A DNA stretch of 64,000 nucleotides from a virus, in IMG/VR virus record IMGVR_UViG_3300006923_000013, positions 21,788-85,787 of that record. One strand, given 5' to 3'. The notes under the pieces are model-generated. The model was not told the origin of the DNA and did not search any database. It saw only the letters and a program-made list of their open reading frames with translations. Below are positions 32,009 through 40,140 of the stretch, piece by piece; position 1 is the first letter of the stretch; the number at the start of each line of letters is the position of its first letter. A program made the position numbers and the translations under genes.

Positions 32009-32485
32009 TTATGCGTCCATCAACCAGAAGAAGACCGAAGCAGTTGTTGTTTGTGCTGCTGTTGCGCAGCTTAATTCTAATCTCAAGTGATCCCGAGTAG
32101 CATCTGAATCCATAACTCCATCATCGAAGTTATAGAGAGCAAATTCTCCTGGTTTCAGTGTTCCCAACGGTTCTGGAGTTAATCCGCCGCCTGTAGCAGT
32201 AAAATCATCCAAATGTCGTACAGTAAGATCATACGTAGCTCCAGTGTTCTGCACAAAGTAGAATACTCTACCTACGAGATCATTAGGCTCCAGATTGGGT
32301 GGTACAAAAACACCACTGCCTGCTGCAGCTTGAGGAACTGTGTAATTCTGTAACTGCGCTACGTCTCCTGCAGTAGTACCAGGCACACTAAGTGTCATGG
32401 TCTTACTCATAGAGAGATTCGAAGGAAGCACGTCAGTACTTGAAAAAGAAATCGTACATTTTAATGTATTATCACCTTTTGCCAT
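32009..32485 (-). CDS. Small beta-rich protein, paralogue family A (copy 2)
   Basis: 158 aa; ISFSSTD, FYFVQNT, PGEFALYNF. Confidence 0.75.
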   Translation of the reverse strand: MAKGDNTLKCTISFSSTDVLPSNLSMSKTMTLSVPGTTAGDVAQLQNYTVPQAAAGSGVFVPPNLEPNDLVGRVFYFVQNTGATYDLTVRHLDDFTATGGGLTPEPLGTLKPGEFALYNFDDGVMDSDATRDHLRLELSCATAAQTTTASVFFWLMDA

Positions 32486-32486
32486 T

Positions 32487-33761
32487 TTATTTTTCTTTTA
32501 TTATTTCGTTTAAATTTACTTGAAAGTGTCCTTTATAACCACTTTCTTTTCCCCAAAAATATCCCTGTCCTGCACGTATGTTTCCTACATACCCTTTTGA
32601 GTGGTGCCAAGAATCTGTTCCGCATAGAGAAGGAAGTACCCTTACTACTGTTCCGAAATTTTCATCTATATCCACCCAAGACATTGATTTACGTTTGTGG
32701 AAGTGTCCAACATGCCATTCTGTAAACTTAGCTTCCGCCCAGTCCTCAGATCGTTCTCTTGCCATAATTAATGGAAGATCAGCATGTTTTTCTTGATTGC
32801 CATGAGTGAATCCTAATAGATTCGTACCATAGCGGTAATACTTACGTGGAGACATTGAGTTGTCTACTGTAACTTCTTTGCAGTTGTTATACCAACATTG
32901 AAGAGCGTCTCCTAAGTAGAACGTGCGTTCATAATCATGATTTCCTGGTATTACCAGAACATCAACTGGTGCTACAAGTCTTAGCCTATCTATTACCTTA
33001 ACAAGCATTTCTCTGCACTTTATAAACGATTGTTGCCATACTACATCATCCTGCTGGGGTGTCCCTTTGGTTGTTGTCATGGCAAGTCCATCTGTATTCA
33101 GCATATCGTTTCCTATCGGTACTAATATCCTATCTATTGCAAATAATTGCGAATAGATCAATAATTTCTCAATAGCCTTTTCAAATAACATAACTGCTAC
33201 ATCTGTACTGTAAGGTTCTCCAACCTCTTGTTTCATTGCTAGTTTCCCTATATGAAGATCAGGTAAACATAATTCATATACTACTGGTTCTGTATCCTTA
33301 CTTTGCTTTGGATACTTTACAGGTTTATATTCAGGCGAATGTTTAAGTGCCTCTTCAATGAACTCCTCCCGTATTTTCTGTCGAACTTCTGCAGATTGAT
33401 CAAAAACAGCTCTTACAGCATATTTCGTATCATCCTTGAAATCCTGCCAAGAAGAAACCCTGAATGATTTTACGTCCCAATAATCAATATTGATTCCTGC
33501 TACATCAATCAGGTCTTCTATACTTGTAATCGAAGCAGCCGAGTAATCAATGACACTATTGCCATTTTCATCCTTGGTTACTTTCGGTAACGTAGAAGGG
33601 ATTCTGGCGACTTTTAACTTCCGCCAGATCCTTCTAACTTTTTCTGGGCACGTTTGCCCGTTTATATCTACTATGCCAAACTGGTTGGCCAGATCTTTAT
33701 AAGAAAGGTCTTTACCATTCTTAATCAAGTAATCTTTTAGTGATCTTATATTTACTTCCAT
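32487..33761 (-). CDS. Calcineurin-like metallophosphoesterase with N-terminal HTH-like region
   Basis: All five metal-binding motifs present in order: DLH, GND, GNHD, THG, GHFH; N-terminal SYKDLANQFG...EKVRRIWRKL is HTH-like. Confidence 0.88.
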   Translation of the reverse strand: MEVNIRSLKDYLIKNGKDLSYKDLANQFGIVDINGQTCPEKVRRIWRKLKVARIPSTLPKVTKDENGNSVIDYSAASITSIEDLIDVAGINIDYWDVKSFRVSSWQDFKDDTKYAVRAVFDQSAEVRQKIREEFIEEALKHSPEYKPVKYPKQSKDTEPVVYELCLPDLHIGKLAMKQEVGEPYSTDVAVMLFEKAIEKLLIYSQLFAIDRILVPIGNDMLNTDGLAMTTTKGTPQQDDVVWQQSFIKCREMLVKVIDRLRLVAPVDVLVIPGNHDYERTFYLGDALQCWYNNCKEVTVDNSMSPRKYYRYGTNLLGFTHGNQEKHADLPLIMARERSEDWAEAKFTEWHVGHFHKRKSMSWVDIDENFGTVVRVLPSLCGTDSWHHSKGYVGNIRAGQGYFWGKESGYKGHFQVNLNEIIKEK

Positions 33762-33813
33762 ACTTTATAAATTAATTAAACTTCTGCGTTATGCGATTGG
33801 TTTAATTAATCCA

Positions 33814-34365
33814 TTATGCGAATGGTGTAGCTAATACTCCGTCTCCTTGAAGCGTTCCTGAAATATGTATCCTATTTGCTGCAGTTATCTTAATATCTAA
33901 GAATCCCCCAACAAGTCGCCCTTTAGTATCAGCATCTGCGACCAATTGATCATCATCTGAAATATCAGGTGCAAACCACTCTACCACGTCCGCAGTATCA
34001 GTATCAAGAATTGTAACTCCGCCCTCAAAGAGATCGGCAGTACGTCCTGCTGCAAGTGTGAATGTGCCTGTAAAGGTTGTCTTAATAGCAATACGACAAT
34101 TGAAACCTACATTAGCTGCAGTTGCTTCTGGTAATGTTACCGTCATACCTGCTGCCAGGTTCAAATTGAAGAATGCCCCGTCTTTATTGGAATCGATAAT
34201 ATACGTAGCTGCAGTTACCTCGATAACTTCATCTGTATCGTCTCCGCAACAAAATACCTGGTGCTCTAACTTATCTAATCTGTTTAGAAGAACATTTATT
34301 CCTGAGCTGTAAAAGCCGCCCTTCTTCTTACTTGGGTTTCCATTATATGGTGATCTCTGTGACAT
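33814..34365 (-). CDS. Putative head fibre/decoration protein
   Basis: 183 aa; short coil ending in CCG, then a beta-domain with TVTLPEATAANVG (TLP motif common in fibre heads). Confidence 0.55.
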   Translation of the reverse strand: MSQRSPYNGNPSKKKGGFYSSGINVLLNRLDKLEHQVFCCGDDTDEVIEVTAATYIIDSNKDGAFFNLNLAAGMTVTLPEATAANVGFNCRIAIKTTFTGTFTLAAGRTADLFEGGVTILDTDTADVVEWFAPDISDDDQLVADADTKGRLVGGFLDIKITAANRIHISGTLQGDGVLATPFA

Positions 34366-34435
34366 AATTTTATTATTTTTAGTTATTAATTATTTTTATA
34401 AAGCTACTAATTATTTAGTTACTTTTTATATTCTT

Positions 34436-35062
34436 TTATTTAAACCTCTCAAATCCGTACGCTATCATATTAAACGAGTCTGCATTGGTTGCATCATCGC
34501 GTACTCTGAGAATCACTTTCTGGTCTGTTCCTTCATCTACTTTTACTCCATATGGAAGACCTAATTTGGTCATGTCCATTGACATAATATACCCATAATC
34601 GTTATTTGCATTCACATGGCGTACTTCCCAAGCTGTAGGAATTATCTGAAAAGATAATCTGAACATATCTTGATTGGTCTTTATTGCATCATGTATATCA
34701 ACTTCTCCTTTTATAGACTCGTAAAATAGTCTACACCCATTCGCCAGTGCTGCTCCATCTGCAAACAAGTATGGTTTGGCTGTTCCTCCGTACCCTACAA
34801 GTATGTTTATCGTAGTTATATACCTATCGTAATTCTCAACTGCTGGGATATAAAAGTCTACATTCGTAGAACTCCCATCAACTCCCATATCATTAGAACC
34901 CGAAGCTGTACCATCAGTAGTAAGATACTGTCTGAAGGGTCTTACCTTTTGAGGTTTGAATGGAGGCCAAGGAGAAGCAATTACAGTGTCTTCACCGTCT
35001 TTGGTGATTTCTGACTTGTAGTCTCCTCCTTTACCATTCTTTATTGTAACCTCTAAACCCAT
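34436..35062 (-). CDS. Hypothetical beta-rich virion protein
   Basis: 208 aa; N-terminal IKNGKG similar to the adjacent gene; TAATG overlap. Confidence 0.6.
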   Translation of the reverse strand: MGLEVTIKNGKGGDYKSEITKDGEDTVIASPWPPFKPQKVRPFRQYLTTDGTASGSNDMGVDGSSTNVDFYIPAVENYDRYITTINILVGYGGTAKPYLFADGAALANGCRLFYESIKGEVDIHDAIKTNQDMFRLSFQIIPTAWEVRHVNANNDYGYIMSMDMTKLGLPYGVKVDEGTDQKVILRVRDDATNADSFNMIAYGFERFK

Positions 35063-35619
35063 TAGCTAAAGCCTACTTCCTCATAATGAAACACCATATC
35101 GATCTCGCATAATCCAGTTGTACCTGTATCGTATTCAAGCATAATGGCTTTATTCGGCGGGATAATTAAACCTCCCCCAAAATCCATCATCGCTGCACCT
35201 AAGGCCTGAGTTCTATGACTCCCAAGTTGTTCGTGAACTGTAAGCCCTGTAATGGTAGCTCCACCACCCATGCAAGTTGCTTCTGCTTGCCTCCCTGAGC
35301 CAAGATTTAGATTTGAAGGAGTGATAACTGTTCCTCCTGCCGCAGTTCCTTCAACTCTCCACGCCTTCCAATGTACAGCTTCAACTGAATGAAATTCTAC
35401 ATGGTTGACCATTAAATTCTTATCTGCTGATGTATTCTTGAGGTACAGCACATATTCTCCTGCTGCTGCACTAAATGATGGCATAATAGCATTGAAGGCC
35501 AATCCGTTATCTCTACTTACGTAGAATAATCTGTTTTTCGTTTTAGAAGATACATTGCCTCGTTGTGCAGCAGAGACTGACATATCACCATTTTTACCTT
35601 TACCGTCTTCTATTTTCAT
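35062..35619 (-). CDS. Hypothetical beta-rich virion protein
   Basis: 185 aa; N-terminal IEDGKG; LYLKNT and LIIPPN jelly-roll-like strands. Confidence 0.6.
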   Translation of the reverse strand: MKIEDGKGKNGDMSVSAAQRGNVSSKTKNRLFYVSRDNGLAFNAIMPSFSAAAGEYVLYLKNTSADKNLMVNHVEFHSVEAVHWKAWRVEGTAAGGTVITPSNLNLGSGRQAEATCMGGGATITGLTVHEQLGSHRTQALGAAMMDFGGGLIIPPNKAIMLEYDTGTTGLCEIDMVFHYEEVGFS

Positions 35620-35631
35620 TGTATTTTGTAT

Positions 35632-36057
35632 TTACTGTTCAATGTCAGATTCTATTATTTCATCTCCTAATATGTTACGTAGATATTTATTGTTTATTCT
35701 AAGTAACATGTTTTGTTCTTTTGCCAAACCTACAAGGGTTAACGTTGCAAGTAATGTTGGATCTAAAGCGTTACTTACTGTTGGTACATAAGGTTCTGCT
35801 GGATTATTACCATTATAAATGTATGTATAGATCTGATCTACAAGATCTTTAGCATCTGTATAGGTAGGAACAGTTACACATGTATAATCTGTACATAATA
35901 TCTGTTGTCCCTCACTTTCAATATAAAGAATGCCATCTTTAGCGTATACCTTCATAGTGTCATTATAAGAATAGGTATTCACTATATTATCCGTTGCATT
36001 ATTTATAAGCAAGTAGGATACACCGTCCTCTATTCTATAATCTTTACAAGTAGCCAT
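35632..36057 (-). CDS. Hypothetical protein, paralogue of 36044-36277 with a C-terminal extension
   Basis: 141 aa; VTVPTYTDAKDLVDQIYTYI. Confidence 0.65.
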   Translation of the reverse strand: MATCKDYRIEDGVSYLLINNATDNIVNTYSYNDTMKVYAKDGILYIESEGQQILCTDYTCVTVPTYTDAKDLVDQIYTYIYNGNNPAEPYVPTVSNALDPTLLATLTLVGLAKEQNMLLRINNKYLRNILGDEIIESDIEQ

Positions 36058-36277
36058 GTATAGTTTCTACTAGTTCTTTTAAATCTGCTGAACCTGCTGG
36101 AACAGTTACTTCAGTATTCCATACCGCATCTACCACTGTTGCGCCTTTATATTGTAATATCACTCTTCCCTCGAAGCCTTTTACTTTAGTATTGACTTTA
36201 GGGTAATAGCAAACATCATTGTTTACATTATCGTAAGCAAGAATATCATCAGGCTTATTGTATATTTCCCATGCCAT
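36044..36277 (-). CDS. Hypothetical protein, paralogue of the N-domain of 35632-36057
   Basis: 77 aa; VTVPAGSADLKELVETIHGYL. Confidence 0.65.
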   Translation of the reverse strand: MAWEIYNKPDDILAYDNVNNDVCYYPKVNTKVKGFEGRVILQYKGATVVDAVWNTEVTVPAGSADLKELVETIHGYL

Positions 36278-36283
36278 ACTGTT

Positions 36284-36607
36284 TTATCCCGCTTTATACG
36301 CTAAAACTGCCCCACTTACCAATGCTATGTTTATAAACTTTCCGTATATAATACTTCCTTTAGGAATTGTTATATCTACATCGAAATCTTCGTATACTAC
36401 ATCTCCATTTGTAGGAGACATAGCAGATACATCTAAAACTGCATCCGCAGTTCCAATAACTTGAACTGCAGTATATGGACCAGCATGTACGCTGGTATCA
36501 TCTATATATATAGCACCACAACATCCGAGTGTTCCAGAATGAAGTTTTTTAATAGCTTTCTCTACTCTATTATCTTTTCCTGCAGAACTTGTTTTAGTAT
36601 CGCTCAT
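36284..36607 (-). CDS. Putative head fibre/decoration protein
   Basis: 107 aa; coil ending in CCG, then small beta-domain (TIPKGSIIYGKF...SGAVLAY). Confidence 0.55.
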   Translation of the reverse strand: MSDTKTSSAGKDNRVEKAIKKLHSGTLGCCGAIYIDDTSVHAGPYTAVQVIGTADAVLDVSAMSPTNGDVVYEDFDVDITIPKGSIIYGKFINIALVSGAVLAYKAG

Positions 36608-36619
36608 TTTTCTTTATTT

Positions 36620-36982
36620 TTAAGATCGTGTCCAGTAACCATATTCGACTATACATGTAGCTGTGTCTGCTTGTATTTCTAATCCTGTACTGGCAGATAA
36701 TGGAAAATATGCAAACTCTCCTGGATATAAAGCTGCAAAATCTACTCCCGCATCTGTTTTAATTTCTATAAAATTAGTAGCATCTACATTACGTAAATAC
36801 ACAAAATTCACATCCGCTATGGTAGAAGCTATAAGTGTAGTTACAGTCGTATGCAATACAGCCACTTTAGCTGTAGATATCAGAGGATTTCCTATTGTAA
36901 GGTTATCTGTGTGATTTATAAGCATATTTTCAGATGTAGCATCTGTGCTTACAAGATTTAAAGTTACAGTTAAAGTTGACAT
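36620..36982 (-). CDS. Small beta-rich protein, paralogue family A (copy 1)
   Basis: 120 aa; LNLVSTD, FVYLRNV, PGEFAYFPL. Confidence 0.75.
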   Translation of the reverse strand: MSTLTVTLNLVSTDATSENMLINHTDNLTIGNPLISTAKVAVLHTTVTTLIASTIADVNFVYLRNVDATNFIEIKTDAGVDFAALYPGEFAYFPLSASTGLEIQADTATCIVEYGYWTRS

Positions 36983-37003
36983 TGTTCTTCTATAGTTAGA
37001 TTA

Positions 37004-37011
37004 CAAATTTA
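37004..37011 (-). promoter_or_regulatory. Bacteroidota -7 element TAAATTTG
   Basis: Consensus match in an AT-rich intergenic gap, 21 nt upstream of the 36982 ATG. Confidence 0.5.
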
Positions 37012-37073
37012 CTAAATAGTTTTATATCGCTTTTATAGCTATAAACATATAAAGCTATACAGTCTTTTAATTT

Positions 37074-37250
37074 TCATTGTTTGAACTTCCTGGATAGTCT
37101 ATCATTTACGTATTCAATTCTCTTTTCTAATTGATCTATCTGATATGTCACACCTGTAACAAATACTGTAGATGTTACAGCAAGAGATATCATTGCCACA
37201 ACTAACCAGTTTGGAAATGTTCTCTGTTTAGATATATCCGCCTCGGTCAT
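37074..37250 (-). CDS. Small single-TM membrane protein (58 aa; not in the ORF track)
   Basis: Translated by hand: MTEADISKQRTFPNWLVVAMISLAVTSTVFVTGVTYQIDQLEKRIEYVNDRLSRKFKQ; ATG overlaps the upstream TAA (TAATG). Confidence 0.7.
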   Translation of the reverse strand: MTEADISKQRTFPNWLVVAMISLAVTSTVFVTGVTYQIDQLEKRIEYVNDRLSRKFKQ

Positions 37251-37495
37251 TATGATTTAATCTTTAAAAAAGCTAAAAGTGCTCCTACTGCAATTTGAAT
37301 CCCTGCAATGATACCTATCGCTTTCTGCTTGAATTGCTTATCATCTGCGATATATTTCGCATGATGCTCCACTCTCTGAACAAGCCCCCGATGTCCTAAC
37401 TCTTCATTCCCTGTTAGAGCATTCATTATCTCTTTTTGTCCTTCGCGTATTTCACGGACATCTACCTTTAAATCATTCAGTTGTTCTTCCATCAC
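37250..37495 (-). CDS. Holin-like protein (coiled coil + C-terminal TM helix)
   Basis: 81 aa; ALTGNEELGHRGLVQRV then hydrophobic AIGIIAGIQIAVGALLAFL. Confidence 0.55.
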   Translation of the reverse strand: MMEEQLNDLKVDVREIREGQKEIMNALTGNEELGHRGLVQRVEHHAKYIADDKQFKQKAIGIIAGIQIAVGALLAFLKIKS

Positions 37496-37496
37496 A

Positions 37497-37700
37497 TTAT
37501 TCCTGTTTATCTGTTTTTATATGTTTCCACGTGTCAAGCCCTAAAAGAGTAGCACTATATCCAAATACCACAAAAATAATAGTCGGTTCTACATTATAAA
37601 AGTCAAGACCTGAGATAACTGCCATAATTAATCCTATTGTAAAACTTATAAAACCAAGTATTCTTTTACTTATTTGCTCCTTTGACATTACTTTATTCAT
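37497..37700 (-). CDS. Two-TM holin-like protein
   Basis: 67 aa; SKRILG start of TM1, second hydrophobic helix, charged C-tail. Confidence 0.6.
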   Translation of the reverse strand: MNKVMSKEQISKRILGFISFTIGLIMAVISGLDFYNVEPTIIFVVFGYSATLLGLDTWKHIKTDKQE

Positions 37701-37710
37701 TAGTAGTCTT

Positions 37711-38100
37711 TTAAACTAAAAGTGCCATTGCAATCTCTCTTGGAGTGTAACCATCAGGCTGCACGTTATCCAACCATGCTTGAGGAGATGTTTCAAAAGA
37801 AGTCCTTAGTTCCGAACTCTCTATGTTTATATAATCCGCCACCTCATCACTCCTTGTTCTTAGGAAAGCGGGCATTGCGGGGTTCTCCTCCAATGTAAGC
37901 TCTTGAAGAGTGGACACATTATCCAACCTATCGTTCCACCCTACATTTATCCCTGAGATACCGTGAATGTCTATGTTCTGATGTTTGGTCTCATGGAGTT
38001 GCCCGATGTTCACAATAGACAATTGATATATCTCGTTCTGTTGGTCTGCTATCCAAAAACCATCTACTCCTGCTCTATTATCAAATTCTTTATTTGTCAT
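37711..38100 (-). CDS. Hypothetical protein following the BspA-like gene
   Basis: Start moved to ATG at 38100 (MTNKEFDN...), which forms a TAATG overlap with the upstream stop. Confidence 0.6.
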   Translation of the reverse strand: MTNKEFDNRAGVDGFWIADQQNEIYQLSIVNIGQLHETKHQNIDIHGISGINVGWNDRLDNVSTLQELTLEENPAMPAFLRTRSDEVADYINIESSELRTSFETSPQAWLDNVQPDGYTPREIAMALLV

Positions 38101-39263
38101 TATGCTGCTCCTCCATCGGTTATCCCACCCCACTTCGAGATGAGACTTGTTCTTGCTGCTTCCGCAGCTCCTCCGCTTGTGTATTTACTTCCTCCAAAGT
38201 TAACTGTTCCTGAATATGCCATTGCTCCCTGAGCATCATAAGCTATCAGTAGTGCATCGTAATTCGCTGTTGACAGTCCTGTGGCATTTTGCATGAACCC
38301 TAAAAAGGCAGAAACCTGATTAACATCCCAAGCACTGATGTCCTGATCGAAAGCATCCGCATCGAAGAACATATACACCATTCCATTGACAACAAGACTC
38401 GTATCCCAAGATCCTATAGGCTGATTGAAGGCTTTCGCAAGTTGGAACATTCTTGTCATTGTAGTTGCCGCTCCTGTTCCCCATCCACTTATATTCTGAT
38501 TGAAGAGTGTTGCGCCTCTGAACATCTCCTGAAAATTTGAAACACTTGTGACCACCCAAGATGATATGTCCTGATTGAACGTGGATGCCGATATGAACAT
38601 CTGCTTCATACTCGTTGCTGATGATGTATCCCAAGTGGACAGATCCCCATCGAAGACAGTGCAACTTGTGAACATCGCTTCAAACTTCAGGACAGACCCT
38701 ACATCCCAAGTGTCTATGCTTCCATTGAAACTTGTACAGTTTCCAAACATGTTAAGCATGCTTGTAACGCTACTGACATCCCAAGTAGAAAAGTCAGGGG
38801 TTGTCAGTGATGTGCAATTAAGGAAGGTGTAGTCCAGATTTGTAGCAGATATTGTAGGCGCATCCGTAGCGGAGATATCTAAAGCTGAACAACCGTTGAA
38901 TGCACGGTTAGTTGAAATATCCAGAGTTCCAAAATTTGAAATGTCAGTTATCTTATCGTCATCTCCTCCATTGTTGAAGTAGACACCTTGCACATCACCT
39001 GTTATAGTAATGGTATATGTTCCTTCTCCGCTACCAAAGGTTATAAGGAGATCTGAATCCGTATTATGCGAACCTGACCCTCCATCTGAATCTTCCCAAG
39101 TAAAGTTGTTCGTAGACCCTGTATCGAAAGGAAGGGCAAACTGGTCGCTATTGGACGTTCCTGCGTTATTGGATTTGACCTGAAATACAAAATCAGTATT
39201 TACAGGCGCTCCTTCCCCAGTTGAGTAGTTTGTTGATATCCCTATTCCTAATCCTAATCTCAT
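38100..39263 (-). CDS. BspA-family / DUF285 leucine-rich-repeat surface protein (putative adhesin)
   Basis: About seven 25-aa repeats of type F(N)QDISxWDxSxVTxMxxMF; PKD-like N-domain (GTYTITITG); C-terminal W.ITDGG. Confidence 0.88.
   Translation of the reverse strand: MRLGLGIGISTNYSTGEGAPVNTDFVFQVKSNNAGTSNSDQFALPFDTGSTNNFTWEDSDGGSGSHNTDSDLLITFGSGEGTYTITITGDVQGVYFNNGGDDDKITDISNFGTLDISTNRAFNGCSALDISATDAPTISATNLDYTFLNCTSLTTPDFSTWDVSSVTSMLNMFGNCTSFNGSIDTWDVGSVLKFEAMFTSCTVFDGDLSTWDTSSATSMKQMFISASTFNQDISSWVVTSVSNFQEMFRGATLFNQNISGWGTGAATTMTRMFQLAKAFNQPIGSWDTSLVVNGMVYMFFDADAFDQDISAWDVNQVSAFLGFMQNATGLSTANYDALLIAYDAQGAMAYSGTVNFGGSKYTSGGAAEAARTSLISKWGGITDGGAA
38310..38800 (-). repeat. Coding tandem repeat (DUF285 25-aa units)
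   Basis: WDVSSVTSMLNMF, WDVGSVLKFEAMF, WDTSSATSMKQMF, WVVTSVSNFQEMF, WGTGAATTMTRMF, WDTSLVVNGMVYMF, WDVNQVSAFLGFM; boundaries approximate. Confidence 0.85.
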
Positions 39264-39272
39264 TTTATTTAT

Positions 39273-40139
39273 TTAGCTACCACCTTCTACTTCTGGGTCT
39301 GGCCCAGCACTGGGTGCAGATGTCTCGCCCTCGTCTACTCCGCTTGAGGTTTTACCTCCTCCTGTAATAGAAGAAGACGAAGAAGTATTACTTGAAGTAG
39401 ATACTTCTGAAGTTCCACTTTTAGGAGAACCTGTCATATCTATACACGGTTCCCATCCACTAATTCTAGGATTGTTTGTAGGAGGCATTACATTGTTTGC
39501 CATTGTATTACTCCAATACAACTCTCCGTAAGAAACTATATCTCCTATATTATATCCAAGTCCATTATTATAGGATATACTCCACGCTCCAGTGCTGGAT
39601 AATTGACAATAACCAAAAGTTTCACCCTGCTGCAGCTCGCAACAAGATCCTATCATATCATCAAATTTCTGTATAAGCTCACATGTAACCTCTGTACATA
39701 ATGTATGTGCAAACGTATCGTTCAATGTAGTTGTACAGGTCTCAGAATTATACTTATTAAGTGTATATTCTGGTGCATTATTAGTTTGAAACAGCCAAAA
39801 CATAGCATTCCAAGTATGCAGTTTATCTATTGTGTCCTCTAAGCACTTTTCCCCATAATAAGAATTAGTTAGGAATGTTTGAGCCACTTTAAGGTATTTA
39901 CAATCCCACATATGTGTGAGTAATATCTCATCCACCCCGCATCCACAACAATCGTTACATGCTACATGATTGAAATAATCTCCAACAACAGTTGTATACT
40001 CAGTAAAATCTGCACAAGGCATATAATAAGTAACACCCTCTATAACTTGTGTATGATAAAATTCCTCACAGCCAAACTCAGCCGATATTGCTCTCGCTTC
40101 CCAGGGTGTTGTATATATATGATGAGCTACTTCTGACAT
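39273..40139 (-). CDS. Cys-rich tail hub/fibre protein with CBM5/12-like carbohydrate-binding module
   Basis: 288 aa; YNIGDIVSYGELYW...P...GW fits the CBM5/12 pattern; Ser/Thr-rich tail. Confidence 0.55.
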   Translation of the reverse strand: MSEVAHHIYTTPWEARAISAEFGCEEFYHTQVIEGVTYYMPCADFTEYTTVVGDYFNHVACNDCCGCGVDEILLTHMWDCKYLKVAQTFLTNSYYGEKCLEDTIDKLHTWNAMFWLFQTNNAPEYTLNKYNSETCTTTLNDTFAHTLCTEVTCELIQKFDDMIGSCCELQQGETFGYCQLSSTGAWSISYNNGLGYNIGDIVSYGELYWSNTMANNVMPPTNNPRISGWEPCIDMTGSPKSGTSEVSTSSNTSSSSSITGGGKTSSGVDEGETSAPSAGPDPEVEGGS

Positions 40140-40140
40140 C

